This document shows, in pieces, positions 48,605 through 58,255 of a stretch of 64,000 nt of DNA (position 1 is its first letter; each line of letters starts with the position of its first letter). The stretch lies in the IMG/VR virus record IMGVR_UViG_3300024999_000068, positions 1 through 64,000 of that record. One strand, written 5' to 3'. The notes under the pieces were generated by a model. That model saw nothing but the letters and a program-made list of their open reading frames with translations. It made no database searches and was not told where the DNA came from. Source of the stretch: a virus. The position numbers and the translations under genes are program-made.

Positions 48605-49276
48605 ATGATTATTTTGGATGATAATAAAGTACAATTTACCGTACAAAGACAAAAACACATTATTGGAGGTAAACTATTTCCTGTTTCATCAAAAAGTAAA
48701 CTCCAAGTATTTAACTCTGAATATACAGAAGAATTAGATAAAACTGATCCTAATATTCTTAGATTTACTAAACTTGTAAATCAATGTAAATTTGAAATGG
48801 GAGATGCTTATACAAGTTCTGATATTATTCTTCAAATTGCAGATGCGATAAATTTAGAAGCAAAATTCTTTTCTGGTTGGTTGATTTATCCTTTTAGCAA
48901 CACATTCCCTACTCATCATGCTTGGACAGTAATTAATGGGAGTAGAGTTGTAGATGCGATGCAATTCCCTGAAGAAATTGATATTATGATGAAAACTGAT
49001 ATGACTGATCCTGATTTCAAGAGGAAACTTGCTGTTAAAATTGCTGAAATACGGAAGAAAGAAAAACCTCTTTCTGAATCATGTTTCTTCGGTAAAATTA
49101 ATTATGATTGGGTTTATTATGTTGGGAGTCCTGATACTTCAGAAAATGCAAAAAGGATATTTAGAGAATTAATTTCAAAATATCCTAATCATCCTTCTTA
49201 TATTCGTAAAGGGGTAAGAGAGTCAAATGGCAGAACTGAATTACAAAATTTAATTAATAAGGAAATGGGAGAGTGA
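48605..49276 (+). CDS. Hypothetical protein with transglutaminase/papain-like HAW..D motif
   Basis: THHAWTVINGSRVVD; promoter TTGACA-17-TATAAT upstream. Confidence 0.45.
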   Translation: MIILDDNKVQFTVQRQKHIIGGKLFPVSSKSKLQVFNSEYTEELDKTDPNILRFTKLVNQCKFEMGDAYTSSDIILQIADAINLEAKFFSGWLIYPFSNTFPTHHAWTVINGSRVVDAMQFPEEIDIMMKTDMTDPDFKRKLAVKIAEIRKKEKPLSESCFFGKINYDWVYYVGSPDTSENAKRIFRELISKYPNHPSYIRKGVRESNGRTELQNLINKEMGE

Positions 49277-49282
49277 GGAAAT

Positions 49283-49753
49283 ATGAACTCTGAAGAACTA
49301 TGTGAAGAATGCATTGATAAAGAGGATTTAACTATCAAAGTAAACGAGCTTTCTAAATTGATATATGATGAAACAGTTCAAGTAGTATTTGATTTCGGAT
49401 ATTTACAAATAGAAGATGGAATTGGTGAATGTGAAATCTGTTTATCGGAACTATATAGAGATAAATTATATATCCGTATAAAAAGATATGAAGAAGAAAC
49501 TATGCAACCTTCTTATAAAAACTCTACTATTGAAATTAAAAGTAATCAAATTAGTGATATTGATATTCACTCTGAAGAATTTAAAGATGGTTTCAAATGC
49601 ATAGCAACTATCTATTTAATAAACCCAGATCACGATGTGACATTTTACTTAGTAGGAGATACTATAAAAGATCAGGAAAAACGTCCCAATAAATTTTATG
49701 AGATGTATAAAGAAGATATTATAGAATTTCATAACTCTAAAAATGAGTCGTAA
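49283..49753 (+). CDS. Hypothetical acidic protein
   Basis: RBS gagg, in operon. Confidence 0.5.
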   Translation: MNSEELCEECIDKEDLTIKVNELSKLIYDETVQVVFDFGYLQIEDGIGECEICLSELYRDKLYIRIKRYEEETMQPSYKNSTIEIKSNQISDIDIHSEEFKDGFKCIATIYLINPDHDVTFYLVGDTIKDQEKRPNKFYEMYKEDIIEFHNSKNES

Positions 49754-50051
49754 TGTAGTAATAAGAAGGTGGGGAAGTAACTTTCCCTTTCTCTCTTTTC
49801 CTCCATGTAAATATAAAAATAAAATTATACTTGACAATATAAATTGCTAGTGGTATAGTTAGGACAAGAGAAAGCGAGGTGAGGAAATATATGATTGTAA
49901 CCGATACATAACTGATACATAAACTACAAACTACAAAATTCACAAGTGTCTATAAAGACAAAAATAAAAGTATTACGTTATTAACTCCTTACCTACCAAG
50001 GATTAATATAAATAGGGTTGTGACCTACACTAAATTAGAAAGGGGCAAATT

Positions 50052-50612
50052 ATGTCTAAAAATATTAATATTGAAACTCAAGTTCAACTCGATGAAAAAA
50101 GTCACACTATTCTCAATGAGAAATTAAAAACCTTCAATTTAGACAGTGATATGAATTATGCCGTAGCAGTTCTGAAAATATTTATTACAAATTCAGAATC
50201 AAAGAAATATAATAAGTTAGCTGTTAACGTTGTGCCTAAAGTACAATTTGTTGTACCATTTGTTTCAAAAATATTAGCAACTGAATATATGAAGGAATTG
50301 TCTCAGAAAAACAAATTAATGATGTTTCTTCATGTTGAAAAAGGCAATATTGTTGTAAAAGATGAAGATATTGATTTAGCTATTAATAATTTATTAAATA
50401 CATCAACAAGTCCAGAAATAGAATATGAAGAAATATCTAGATTAAGTTTATTCAATCTTATTGCCTATAATTGGATGAATTTTTCAGAACAAGAAAAAGA
50501 TGAATATGCTTATAAGTTGGGAGGATTGAACGGGCATTATCATATACGAGCATTACTTGATAAGTGGGAGTTTAGTCCTGAGTTTGAGAAAGAAGTAGTA
50601 AACTATATATAA
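50052..50612 (+). CDS. Hypothetical protein
   Basis: RBS agggg; promoter TTGACA-17-TATAGT at 49831. Confidence 0.5.
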   Translation: MSKNINIETQVQLDEKSHTILNEKLKTFNLDSDMNYAVAVLKIFITNSESKKYNKLAVNVVPKVQFVVPFVSKILATEYMKELSQKNKLMMFLHVEKGNIVVKDEDIDLAINNLLNTSTSPEIEYEEISRLSLFNLIAYNWMNFSEQEKDEYAYKLGGLNGHYHIRALLDKWEFSPEFEKEVVNYI

Positions 50613-50700
50613 AATTTATTAAATATGGTTAGCAATATCTACTGTGGTGGGCAGTAGATAATATATAAGATTAAATAAATATTAGAAAGAGGTTGTAAAA

Positions 50701-51051
50701 ATGGAATTTACAAAAGTCATTAAGCATGAAATCAGTGGAGTTTATGGAAATGTTACATATGGAGATCTTAATTTAAATGGAGAATATTATCCTTCTAGGT
50801 ATAATTCAGAAGAAAGAAGTATTGATACAGAAGAAACTATTTCTCAAACAGATGAATTAAATGGGTTGCCAGAAGGTATAAGTATGAATGATTATTTCAA
50901 TATGGCATTATTACAAAGATTAGATAGTATTGAAAAGAATATTAAGGGTTTACAAAATGTTTCTGTAAATATTACATTAGATAATATTTCAAATGAACTT
51001 CTTGTTAAATTGGCATCACTTATTTGTGGAGAGAGTGTAAAGATAAAATAG
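50701..51051 (+). CDS. Hypothetical protein
   Basis: RBS gagg. Confidence 0.5.
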   Translation: MEFTKVIKHEISGVYGNVTYGDLNLNGEYYPSRYNSEERSIDTEETISQTDELNGLPEGISMNDYFNMALLQRLDSIEKNIKGLQNVSVNITLDNISNELLVKLASLICGESVKIK

Positions 51052-51061
51052 AGTATCTTTG

Positions 51062-51296
51062 ACTAACCCATAGCAGAGGGGCTTATACTCTGCTAGTTAA
51101 TAAAGGCAGACTTAGTGGCCTAAAATCGAAGAAGGGTTTGTAAATCCTTATTTATAAGGTTGAATTGCTCTCGATGAGGTAATGGGAGTTATGCGAATGT
51201 GAACTATACATAAAAAATATTAAGATATTCGCACCTATTGAAACTGCTGGCACAAATACCGTCAGCACATCTTATATGTATATGCAAAATTGCAAC
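51062..51296 (+). ncRNA. Cas12f tracrRNA
   Basis: 30-nt perfect anti-repeat at 51267-51296; preceding tgaaact-gctggc-acaaatacc-gtcagc-ac resembles the AsCas12f1 tracr stem (from memory); 5' hairpin loop cttat can pair with repeat end gtaag. 5' end approximate. Confidence 0.75.
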
Positions 51297-51361
51297 AATT
51301 TAATATGTTCGCACTTTATGCGGTTGCAAGGGTTGGTATGATAGGGAATTGGTGTTGGATG

Positions 51362-51530
51362 GTTGCAATTTTGCATATACATATAAGATGTAATTTTCTT
51401 TCAAAATTTATTTTATTGGTTGAATTTTCATATATGTAAAGATGTAAGTGACAAGGGATTTTTGACGCTAGTTACCGTAATATTTGTATATATTAAAAAT
51501 GTAAGTTATATCTTTTGTTTGTCTTTGTAT
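51362..51530 (+). CRISPR. Degenerate mini CRISPR array (3 repeats, short spacers)
   Basis: R1 gttgcaattttgcatatacatataagatgtaat (51362-51394), R2 gttgaattttcatatatgtaaagatgtaag (51419-51448), degenerate R3 ending aaatgtaag (51505); spacers about 24 and 22 nt plus a trailing one. Confidence 0.7.
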
Positions 51531-51557
51531 AAAATAATTATAAAAAGGATGATATAA

Positions 51558-52877
51558 ATGAACAAATGTGTAAAAATTGAAATAAAGAATTATTTTAATT
51601 ATAAACAAGTGCTTAGAGATTTAAGATATCAATCTTGGTTAGCTTGTAACAAGGCAATGATATATTATTATACATTTAACTTAGAAAAAATAGAGTATAA
51701 GAACCTAAACGGTATTAATATAGATGAAAAAAATAAATTTGGTAAATCTTATATGACATGGGTAGAAGATCATATGAAAAAAGTTATGAATATACATAAT
51801 ACCAGAAATATATCTCAAACAAATCAATTTGTTTCCAAAAGATTTAAATCAGATATTAAAAAAGGATTATTTAAGGGGCAAGTGCTCTTATCAAACTTTA
51901 AACAAAATATTCCTATACTCTTAAAAAATGATAATTATAAAATTATACAAGGTAATAAAGGGTTTGAAGTTAAATGTAGTTTATTTAATACATCATATCA
52001 AAAAGAAAACGATATAAAACAAGTTAATTTCACTATTAATACATTAGATACTAGTAAAAAATCAATCTTAAATAGACTAATATCAGGCGAATATAAACAA
52101 GGATCAGCACAAATCATTGAAGATAAAAAAGGGAAGTGGTACTTAATAATCAGTTTTAGTTTTGAACCAGTTGTAAGACAGTTGGATATGAATAAAGTAT
52201 TAGGGGTTGACTTAGGAATTGTAAATACAGCAACAATGCAAGTATTTGATATAGTTACTGAAAAATGGGATAGAATATCATGGAAAGAAAGTAAAATCAA
52301 TGGTAGCGAGTTAATTCATTATAGGCAAAAGATTGAAGCAAGAAATAAACAAATGTATATTGCCAGTAAAATAGTTGGTAATGGCAGGATAGGACATGGT
52401 AGAAAAGTTAGATTGAAACCAGTAGAGAAAACTAGAGATAAGGTTAGTAAATTTAGAGATACATATAACCATAAAGTTAGCAAAAATATAGTTGATACTG
52501 CATTAAAATACAATTGTGGAACTATTCAAATGGAGAATCTAAGTGGATTTTCTGAACAACAGTCAGAGAAATTTTTAAAAAATTGGTCATATTTTGATTT
52601 ACAGACTAAAGTTAAATATAAATGTGAAGAAAAGGGTATTAAATTTATCTTGATTGACCCAAAATACACTAGTCAAAGATGTAGTCATTGTGGATGTATT
52701 GATTCTGCTAATAGGGATTGTAAGGGCAATCAGGCTAAATTTAAATGTGTTACATGTGGACATGAAGAGAATGCAGATATAAATGCTGCAAAGAATATTA
52801 GTATTCCAATGATTGATAGTATTATTATAGAGTGGTTGAAGATGATGAGTAAATTTAAGGATAAGAAGGTTGGTTAA
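51558..52877 (+). CDS. cas12f1: Type V-F CRISPR effector Cas12f1 (AsCas12f1-like)
   Basis: 439 aa; LRDLRYQSWLACNKA, RLISGEYKQGSAQI, GVDLG (D), GHGRKVRLKP, IQMENL (E), YTSQRCSHCG, NADINAAKNI (D); adjacent tracr and repeats. Confidence 0.85.
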   Translation: MNKCVKIEIKNYFNYKQVLRDLRYQSWLACNKAMIYYYTFNLEKIEYKNLNGINIDEKNKFGKSYMTWVEDHMKKVMNIHNTRNISQTNQFVSKRFKSDIKKGLFKGQVLLSNFKQNIPILLKNDNYKIIQGNKGFEVKCSLFNTSYQKENDIKQVNFTINTLDTSKKSILNRLISGEYKQGSAQIIEDKKGKWYLIISFSFEPVVRQLDMNKVLGVDLGIVNTATMQVFDIVTEKWDRISWKESKINGSELIHYRQKIEARNKQMYIASKIVGNGRIGHGRKVRLKPVEKTRDKVSKFRDTYNHKVSKNIVDTALKYNCGTIQMENLSGFSEQQSEKFLKNWSYFDLQTKVKYKCEEKGIKFILIDPKYTSQRCSHCGCIDSANRDCKGNQAKFKCVTCGHEENADINAAKNISIPMIDSIIIEWLKMMSKFKDKKVG

Positions 52878-52912
52878 TTAATTTTAAATCAAAGAGAATA
52901 AGGAGATTTAGA

Positions 52913-53358
52913 ATGATATATTTGGAAGGTTATTTTGATGGAAGTGTAAAAAATAACAAATCAATTTATGCTTGGATTTACACAGTATACAAAAAGAAAA
53001 ATTTAAACCAAAAATATTATTAAAAACAGAAAGTGGATGGGATTTTTGCTTCAATGCTAGTGTTTATGAAACTGAGTATTTAGGATTAATTAGTTTATTA
53101 GATTATATTATTCATAATGAACAATATATTGTAGAAAGAATTTTAATAAAAGGAGATTGTAAAAGTGTTTTTATTACAATTAATCCTGTCAGATACAGAT
53201 TGAAAAAATCTTTTAATGAATATATATTGTTGGCAAGAGAATTAAAAGATAAGTTGCATTTAAAGTATTTAATACCGATTGAACTTAATTGGGTTCCTAG
53301 AGGAGGTAATAAACCTGCTGATAATTTATGTAAATATGTTTGGAAGAATATAATGTGA
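52913..53358 (+). pseudogene. RNase HI-like protein split by a -1 frameshift (or programmed frameshift)
   Basis: ATG 52913 after aggag gives YFDGS in one frame; the -1 frame has ETEYLGL, IKGDCKSV, WVPRGGNKPADNL. Confidence 0.65.
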
Positions 53359-53595
53359 ATATAAATTTCTAAGTAAGGATGTTGTGTTCTATGAATTCTA
53401 AAACTTCCGTAAAAATCAGAAACAAAGGAATGTGGTTTCACAAACATGGTAAACACAAAGGACTAAAAGAAATATCAATTATATTCAACAAGAGAAGACG
53501 ATTTATGTATGTGTTTGAACCGATAAATATGAATTGTGGGAATTGGTCTAGTTTTAGGTAATTTTCAAGTAAACAAATTGATAAATAAAACTATA

Positions 53596-53650
53596 CAGGT
53601 GAGAACTTGCAAGTTGTAGAGCGTAGCTACGCCTCCCTGATCAGGAGGAG
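53596..53650 (+). ncRNA. Compact two-hairpin leader upstream of GIY-YIG gene (variant of the cloverleaf leaders)
   Basis: cagg...cctg outer stem; hairpins aact/agtt and gcgt/acgc; 3' arm ctcc could alternatively pair with the RBS ggag. Confidence 0.4.
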
Positions 53651-53661
53651 AGAAATTAGAG

Positions 53662-54723
53662 ATGGAAGAGAATGAGTTTAGTGTTAAATATATATTAGAA
53701 AATTGTTTAGATAAGATTGCTTATGGATTTGTTTACATAACTACAAATATGGTTAATAATAAGAAATATATTGGGCAAAGAATGTTTGTTAAGGATTGGA
53801 AATATTATCTAGGTAGTGGCAAATATTTAAAACTTGCTTTTAAAAAATATAGTAAAGAAAATTTTAGTCGAGAAATAATCGCAATTGCTTATTCAAGAGA
53901 TGAATTAAACATATTGGAAATAATGTTTATTAAAAAATATAATGCTGTTATTGATAATAATTATTATAATATATTGGAAGGAGGAGGTGGATCTCCAACA
54001 TCTGGAACACATTATTCAGATGAGCTTAAAAAGAAAATTAGTAATGCATTAAAAGGAAAACGTCTTTCAGAAGAAACAAAAAGAAAGATAGGGGATGCTG
54101 AAAGGGGTGAAAAACATTATAATTATGGGAAGAAAATGTCTGATGAGACAAGATTCAAACTTAGTCAATCTCATATGGGTAAAATTATATCTGAAGAAAC
54201 CAGAGAAAAAATAAGTAAATCCAATATAGGGAGATTTGTTTCAGAATCTACTCGAATAAAAATAGGTAGTAAACATAAAGGTAAAATTATATCTGAAGAA
54301 ACACGAAAGAAATTAAGTGAAATAAATAAAAAATTTAATGATAAAGATATAGTTGAAATAAGGGCAAAATACAGTACGGGGATATATTCTCAATATTCTT
54401 TAGCCAAACAATATTTAACATCCCAATCGGTTATAAATAACGTTGTTAATTGTAAGGGAGTTTATAAAGATATTTGTTATCGTGAAGACAAAATAAATAA
54501 GTTAAAATTTAAAAGATTAACTAGCAATAAAGCTGTAATATGTAGTACAACAAATAAGATGTTTCAATCTATTAACGAAGCAAATATCTATTATGGATTG
54601 TCATCTAATAATAGAGATATTGGGCAAGTTTGTAAAGGAAAAGCAAAATCATCAGGAAGTTTATTAGATGGAACAAGACTTACATGGATGTATTTAGACA
54701 AATATTTAGAAAATAATAAATAA
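53662..54723 (+). CDS. GIY-YIG homing endonuclease with NUMOD3 repeats
   Basis: YGFVYITTNMVNNKKYIGQ, YLGSG, YYNI; repeated SEET(K/R).K(I/L)S units. Confidence 0.85.
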   Translation: MEENEFSVKYILENCLDKIAYGFVYITTNMVNNKKYIGQRMFVKDWKYYLGSGKYLKLAFKKYSKENFSREIIAIAYSRDELNILEIMFIKKYNAVIDNNYYNILEGGGGSPTSGTHYSDELKKKISNALKGKRLSEETKRKIGDAERGEKHYNYGKKMSDETRFKLSQSHMGKIISEETREKISKSNIGRFVSESTRIKIGSKHKGKIISEETRKKLSEINKKFNDKDIVEIRAKYSTGIYSQYSLAKQYLTSQSVINNVVNCKGVYKDICYREDKINKLKFKRLTSNKAVICSTTNKMFQSINEANIYYGLSSNNRDIGQVCKGKAKSSGSLLDGTRLTWMYLDKYLENNK

Positions 54724-54729
54724 TATTAT

Positions 54730-54764
54730 TAGGCATCATCATAATTGATGATGCCTAATTTTTT
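54730..54764. terminator. Bidirectional terminator between convergent genes
   Basis: taggcatcatca-taat-tgatgatgccta. Confidence 0.7.
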
Positions 54765-54785
54765 ACCATTTTAATATCAAACTTA

Positions 54786-56306
54786 TTAACCCAATACCTT
54801 AGCCAATAACTGATCCTTCACAAAATCTTGTGTTTTGCTTGTGTTAATTAACTTCCCTTCGTTACGAGTGATATTCGTTATCCATAAATCATTATCTCTA
54901 CTTAAGAAATTACTTGGTTGTGTGAGTTTTTTGAGTTTATCTTTCCAATCACTAACAAATTGTAATTCTACTGCAAGTCCAAACAATGCGTGGATGAACA
55001 TTACTTCACCAATATACGAGTTCATTTTCTCCACTTGTCTAACTTCTGGTTCTACATTACCATATATTTTAGGATACAATTCGATAATCTCGTCCCAGAA
55101 CTCACAGAGATAAGAAGATACTTCGTTTGTTTCTGACTTGGTAGCAGGTGAAAACAATGAGCAACCTTTTAATAGTGTACTAAACGTCATCACGGCAGGA
55201 CTGGATCTTTTCAACGAATTTGAAATAACCTCAATTTTCCCACGGAAAGTATCACTCATAACCTTTTGTGCAATTGCATTTTTAGGGTTGAAAATATCGT
55301 GAAATGCAATCCTTGTTTTTGAAATTGGAAGTCCATAAGAATTTAGCTCTACGAAGACATTTTTGCAACTGGCGTGATCCAAATTTTCTATTGTTACTGG
55401 GAAATAGAAATCATTTGGATTCTTAATTGATAAAACATCCTTTTTGAATTTAGAATACCATGTCTTGCAGCAATCAATTCTATGAGCACCATCATTTATG
55501 GCTAATGCACCATTGCCAGATAAAGTTCTTTCTTCTGGGTCATAAATAAGTGCATCTGGATAATCCTTGTCGTAGTTCAAATATAGACATCCTCCATTTA
55601 TATTTCCCTCAAGACATGCTCGCAAGATGGAATCGCTGTGCTTCTTATTGATGATCGGTACATCGCCCTTACTGGTAGTATGTTTTAAGCCTCTTTGAAT
55701 ACTATCAATATAGACTATTTTAGGACTTGAACTTAGACTTAATTCTGCCAATTGCATTGCTGAAAGGGATAAGTGATACTTATATGGTTTACCGTCACGC
55801 ATAGTACAAGATACGTCCGAAAACTCAAAAGATTTATCATCTGCACTATTCAATTTCTCTAATCTTTCCTTCATCTGCTTCTTTAAATCTCTTGCTAATT
55901 TCTTCTTTTCCTTCTCTTCTTTTTCTAATCTCTTTGCTTCTAATTCATTCCTAGTTTCATTAAATTCTTCCACTTTCATTTGTTCACTTAAACTTCCAAA
56001 CGTAGGCTTTGGTTCTTCCCATATTTTTTCACTCTCAGATTCCATTTCTTTAGCTAATTCAGTTTCATGTTGTTGAACCATATCCTCATCACCAACAATT
56101 TCGTCTAAACTTTCAAATCCTGCACCAGTTTCATTCATTCCGTTTAAAACCTCTTCCTTAACTTGATTAACCACACCTACATCCATCTGTGTAACCTTAT
56201 CCTTATCCTTACCTTTCCTCGCCATATCATTTTCTCCCTTCATAATTTTATTGTCATCCATTTCCGCATCTTCCATATGTCCATTTCTATCAAACTTAAA
56301 AATCAT
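54786..56306 (-). CDS. DGQHR/DndB-like (ParB/Srx superfamily) protein with charged N-terminus
   Basis: IQRG...INDGAHR...FVELN motifs; true start possibly MARKGK (about 56225). Confidence 0.65.
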   Translation of the reverse strand: MIFKFDRNGHMEDAEMDDNKIMKGENDMARKGKDKDKVTQMDVGVVNQVKEEVLNGMNETGAGFESLDEIVGDEDMVQQHETELAKEMESESEKIWEEPKPTFGSLSEQMKVEEFNETRNELEAKRLEKEEKEKKKLARDLKKQMKERLEKLNSADDKSFEFSDVSCTMRDGKPYKYHLSLSAMQLAELSLSSSPKIVYIDSIQRGLKHTTSKGDVPIINKKHSDSILRACLEGNINGGCLYLNYDKDYPDALIYDPEERTLSGNGALAINDGAHRIDCCKTWYSKFKKDVLSIKNPNDFYFPVTIENLDHASCKNVFVELNSYGLPISKTRIAFHDIFNPKNAIAQKVMSDTFRGKIEVISNSLKRSSPAVMTFSTLLKGCSLFSPATKSETNEVSSYLCEFWDEIIELYPKIYGNVEPEVRQVEKMNSYIGEVMFIHALFGLAVELQFVSDWKDKLKKLTQPSNFLSRDNDLWITNITRNEGKLINTSKTQDFVKDQLLAKVLG

Positions 56307-56451
56307 AATAAAACACCCTTTTCATTATATTTTTGATATTATCACTATTTTATGAGTTTCGCAAGTTTTAATGCTAGTTTTATTAAAAAATATTAAAAAT
56401 AACCTAAAAAAGAAAAGAGCGAGCAAGTCACTCACTCCTTAATCAATCCTC

Positions 56452-57138
56452 TCACAATGCAAATACTAATACCTTTGCAAATAATATCAACCCACCTAAC
56501 AATATTGAACCACCAACTATTTTTGTTTTTGCTGTTTTACCTTCCTCTGTATCTTCCACATTATCAGGTTGAACTATAGGTGGAAATACAGGATCTTTTA
56601 TCTCTTGTGTTTGTCCTGCATCAGTTGTTAAATGAGTTTTTACTTTGGATATCAATTTTTCTAAATTGTCATTATCTTTAAAATGTTTTCCAATTTCTAC
56701 CTCTATTTCATCAGTAACACCTTCTGCCGTGACAGTTCTCCTATACTTAAAAATATCTTTATCATATCTTCCGTTCATACCAGTATTTTTAATTTTATTT
56801 TGCACATATCTTCCAATTCTATCTAATCCACCTAAACTTGCTAATTGCATATTTGAAGGAGTTGCCACAATCATATCTCCATTACTTAATTTTTTATTCC
56901 ATTCTTGTAAAGTGCCATAGCCTAAACTTGGATTTGATTCTAGCCAGAACATATTATTGTTTTGTGGCATTGGATAAAGATAATATAATTTATGATATGG
57001 TTTAGTTACATAATCAGTTGGAGTTGCTTTTGCTACGAATGGATTTATTAGTGTAATGCCTACTAATATCATCATTATTGATAATGCTAAATTCCTACGA
57101 ATAGATGATTTTTTCAATACAATCATTCTTAATTTCAT
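56452..57138 (-). CDS. Exported protein with signal peptide and C-terminal membrane anchor
   Basis: Basic-hydrophobic-AKA N-terminus; C-terminal hydrophobic helix; ATG 57138 coupled to the upstream stop. Confidence 0.6.
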   Translation of the reverse strand: MKLRMIVLKKSSIRRNLALSIMMILVGITLINPFVAKATPTDYVTKPYHKLYYLYPMPQNNNMFWLESNPSLGYGTLQEWNKKLSNGDMIVATPSNMQLASLGGLDRIGRYVQNKIKNTGMNGRYDKDIFKYRRTVTAEGVTDEIEVEIGKHFKDNDNLEKLISKVKTHLTTDAGQTQEIKDPVFPPIVQPDNVEDTEEGKTAKTKIVGGSILLGGLILFAKVLVFAL

Positions 57139-57374
57139 ATAATTACCCCTTTCTTTTTCAAGAATAAGAATTCTGCGTCTAGAACTTCCATAATATCTTC
57201 TCGCGATAATGCGGTTTCCCACGCGATAAAATCAATCAATTCTTGTTCTTCAATATCAGGAATTTGATCAGTATTAACTAGTAACCATTTTCGATATTCT
57301 CTTTCACTTAACCAACGGTTTGAATATTTTATGACAAATTTACGAAACAATTCTTTTGCTTTTGTAGTTTTCAT
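57135..57374 (-). CDS. Small hypothetical protein (HU N-terminal-like helices)
   Basis: ELIDFIAWETALSREDIMEVLDA; RBS gaggtg. Confidence 0.5.
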   Translation of the reverse strand: MKTTKAKELFRKFVIKYSNRWLSEREYRKWLLVNTDQIPDIEEQELIDFIAWETALSREDIMEVLDAEFLFLKKKGVII

Positions 57375-57395
57375 ATGAACACCTCTTTCTTACAA

Positions 57396-58052
57396 TCATT
57401 TTAAATAACTAATTGGATTTACAGTTTTACCATTAATTCTAATCTCAAAATGTAAGTGATTTCCAGTAGAACCAAATCCTGAAGATCCTATTTCTGCAAT
57501 CTTTTCACCGCTAAAAGCCATTTTGCCTTCCGTGACAATAACTTTTGAACAATGAGCATATAGAGTTTCATATCCATTACCATGATCAATAATAACGTGT
57601 AATCCGTATGGGCCTTCAGAATTAATAATCTTCTCAACTTTTCCTGTTCGACTAACTTTTATCACATCTCCTAAGTTTCCAGAAATGTCCAAACCATGAT
57701 GAGTATCCCCAGTATAATTCTGTGTAATTTTACCCTTAATAGGCCAACTAAATTTTGCTCCTAAATATCTCTCCCATATATTTTTATAGCCGACATCCAT
57801 AGTTTCACTATTACTATCAATTCCTAAAACATTATTAATCTTCTCCTTTCCTCCGCTATAAGTCATAGCAATAGAATGAATATCATCACTAAATTGTTTT
57901 AGAGGAGCAAAAGTACATGATATAACCATTAATCCTAAACTAACAACTGCAAGCCACTTAATTGCTAATGCCATCTCTCTACCAGAAGTATGTCTAACAT
58001 AAATATAAACCACTAAATATAAAGCACTTAAGCGTACAAGATTGGAAATCAT
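57396..58052 (-). CDS. M23/LytM peptidase with N-terminal two-TM SpoIIIAC/AD-like hairpin (SpoIIQ-like)
   Basis: HHGLD, YAH, GSTGNHLHFE, VNP motifs; N-terminal TM-GRE-TM hairpin. Confidence 0.8.
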   Translation of the reverse strand: MISNLVRLSALYLVVYIYVRHTSGREMALAIKWLAVVSLGLMVISCTFAPLKQFSDDIHSIAMTYSGGKEKINNVLGIDSNSETMDVGYKNIWERYLGAKFSWPIKGKITQNYTGDTHHGLDISGNLGDVIKVSRTGKVEKIINSEGPYGLHVIIDHGNGYETLYAHCSKVIVTEGKMAFSGEKIAEIGSSGFGSTGNHLHFEIRINGKTVNPISYLK

Positions 58053-58255
58053 TTGAAAACCTCTGCCACTTTTTTAAGAAAATCTAGAGAAGCATTTAGC
58101 ACTATAAGAGTTACTAGTATTAAACCAAGGGTATCTGCGTAATACGTCCATTCACCTTTCCCAAATATTTTAAGTCCCATTTTTACCACTTGTAAACCCA
58201 CAGCGATGCCAAGAATAGCTAAAATTGGGGTAGACGCTTGAATTCCTTGGAACAT
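58049..58255 (-). CDS. SpoIIIAC-like small membrane protein
   Basis: 68 aa; I..I.G......GK.EW......LG.......D..KK...VF matches the SpoIIIAC pattern as recalled. Confidence 0.65.
   Translation of the reverse strand: MFQGIQASTPILAILGIAVGLQVVKMGLKIFGKGEWTYYADTLGLILVTLIVLNASLDFLKKVAEVFK

Noticed and set aside
49945-49980. Self-target of the trailing CRISPR spacer (and 50668-50692 for spacer 1)
   Set aside because: Only gapped, AT-rich partial matches by eye; not distinguishable from chance.
49891-50130. Stop-codon reassignment suggested by an open frame continuing past a TAA after MIVTDT
   Set aside because: Most real genes here end in TAA; this is more likely a decayed ORF with an 11-nt duplication (accgatacata/actgatacata).
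51558-52877. IS200/IS605 TnpB transposon or nuclease-dead Cas12f regulator
   Set aside because: No tnpA or IS ends seen; tracr/repeat structure lies upstream; the RuvC acidic triad is intact; no adjacent sigma factor.
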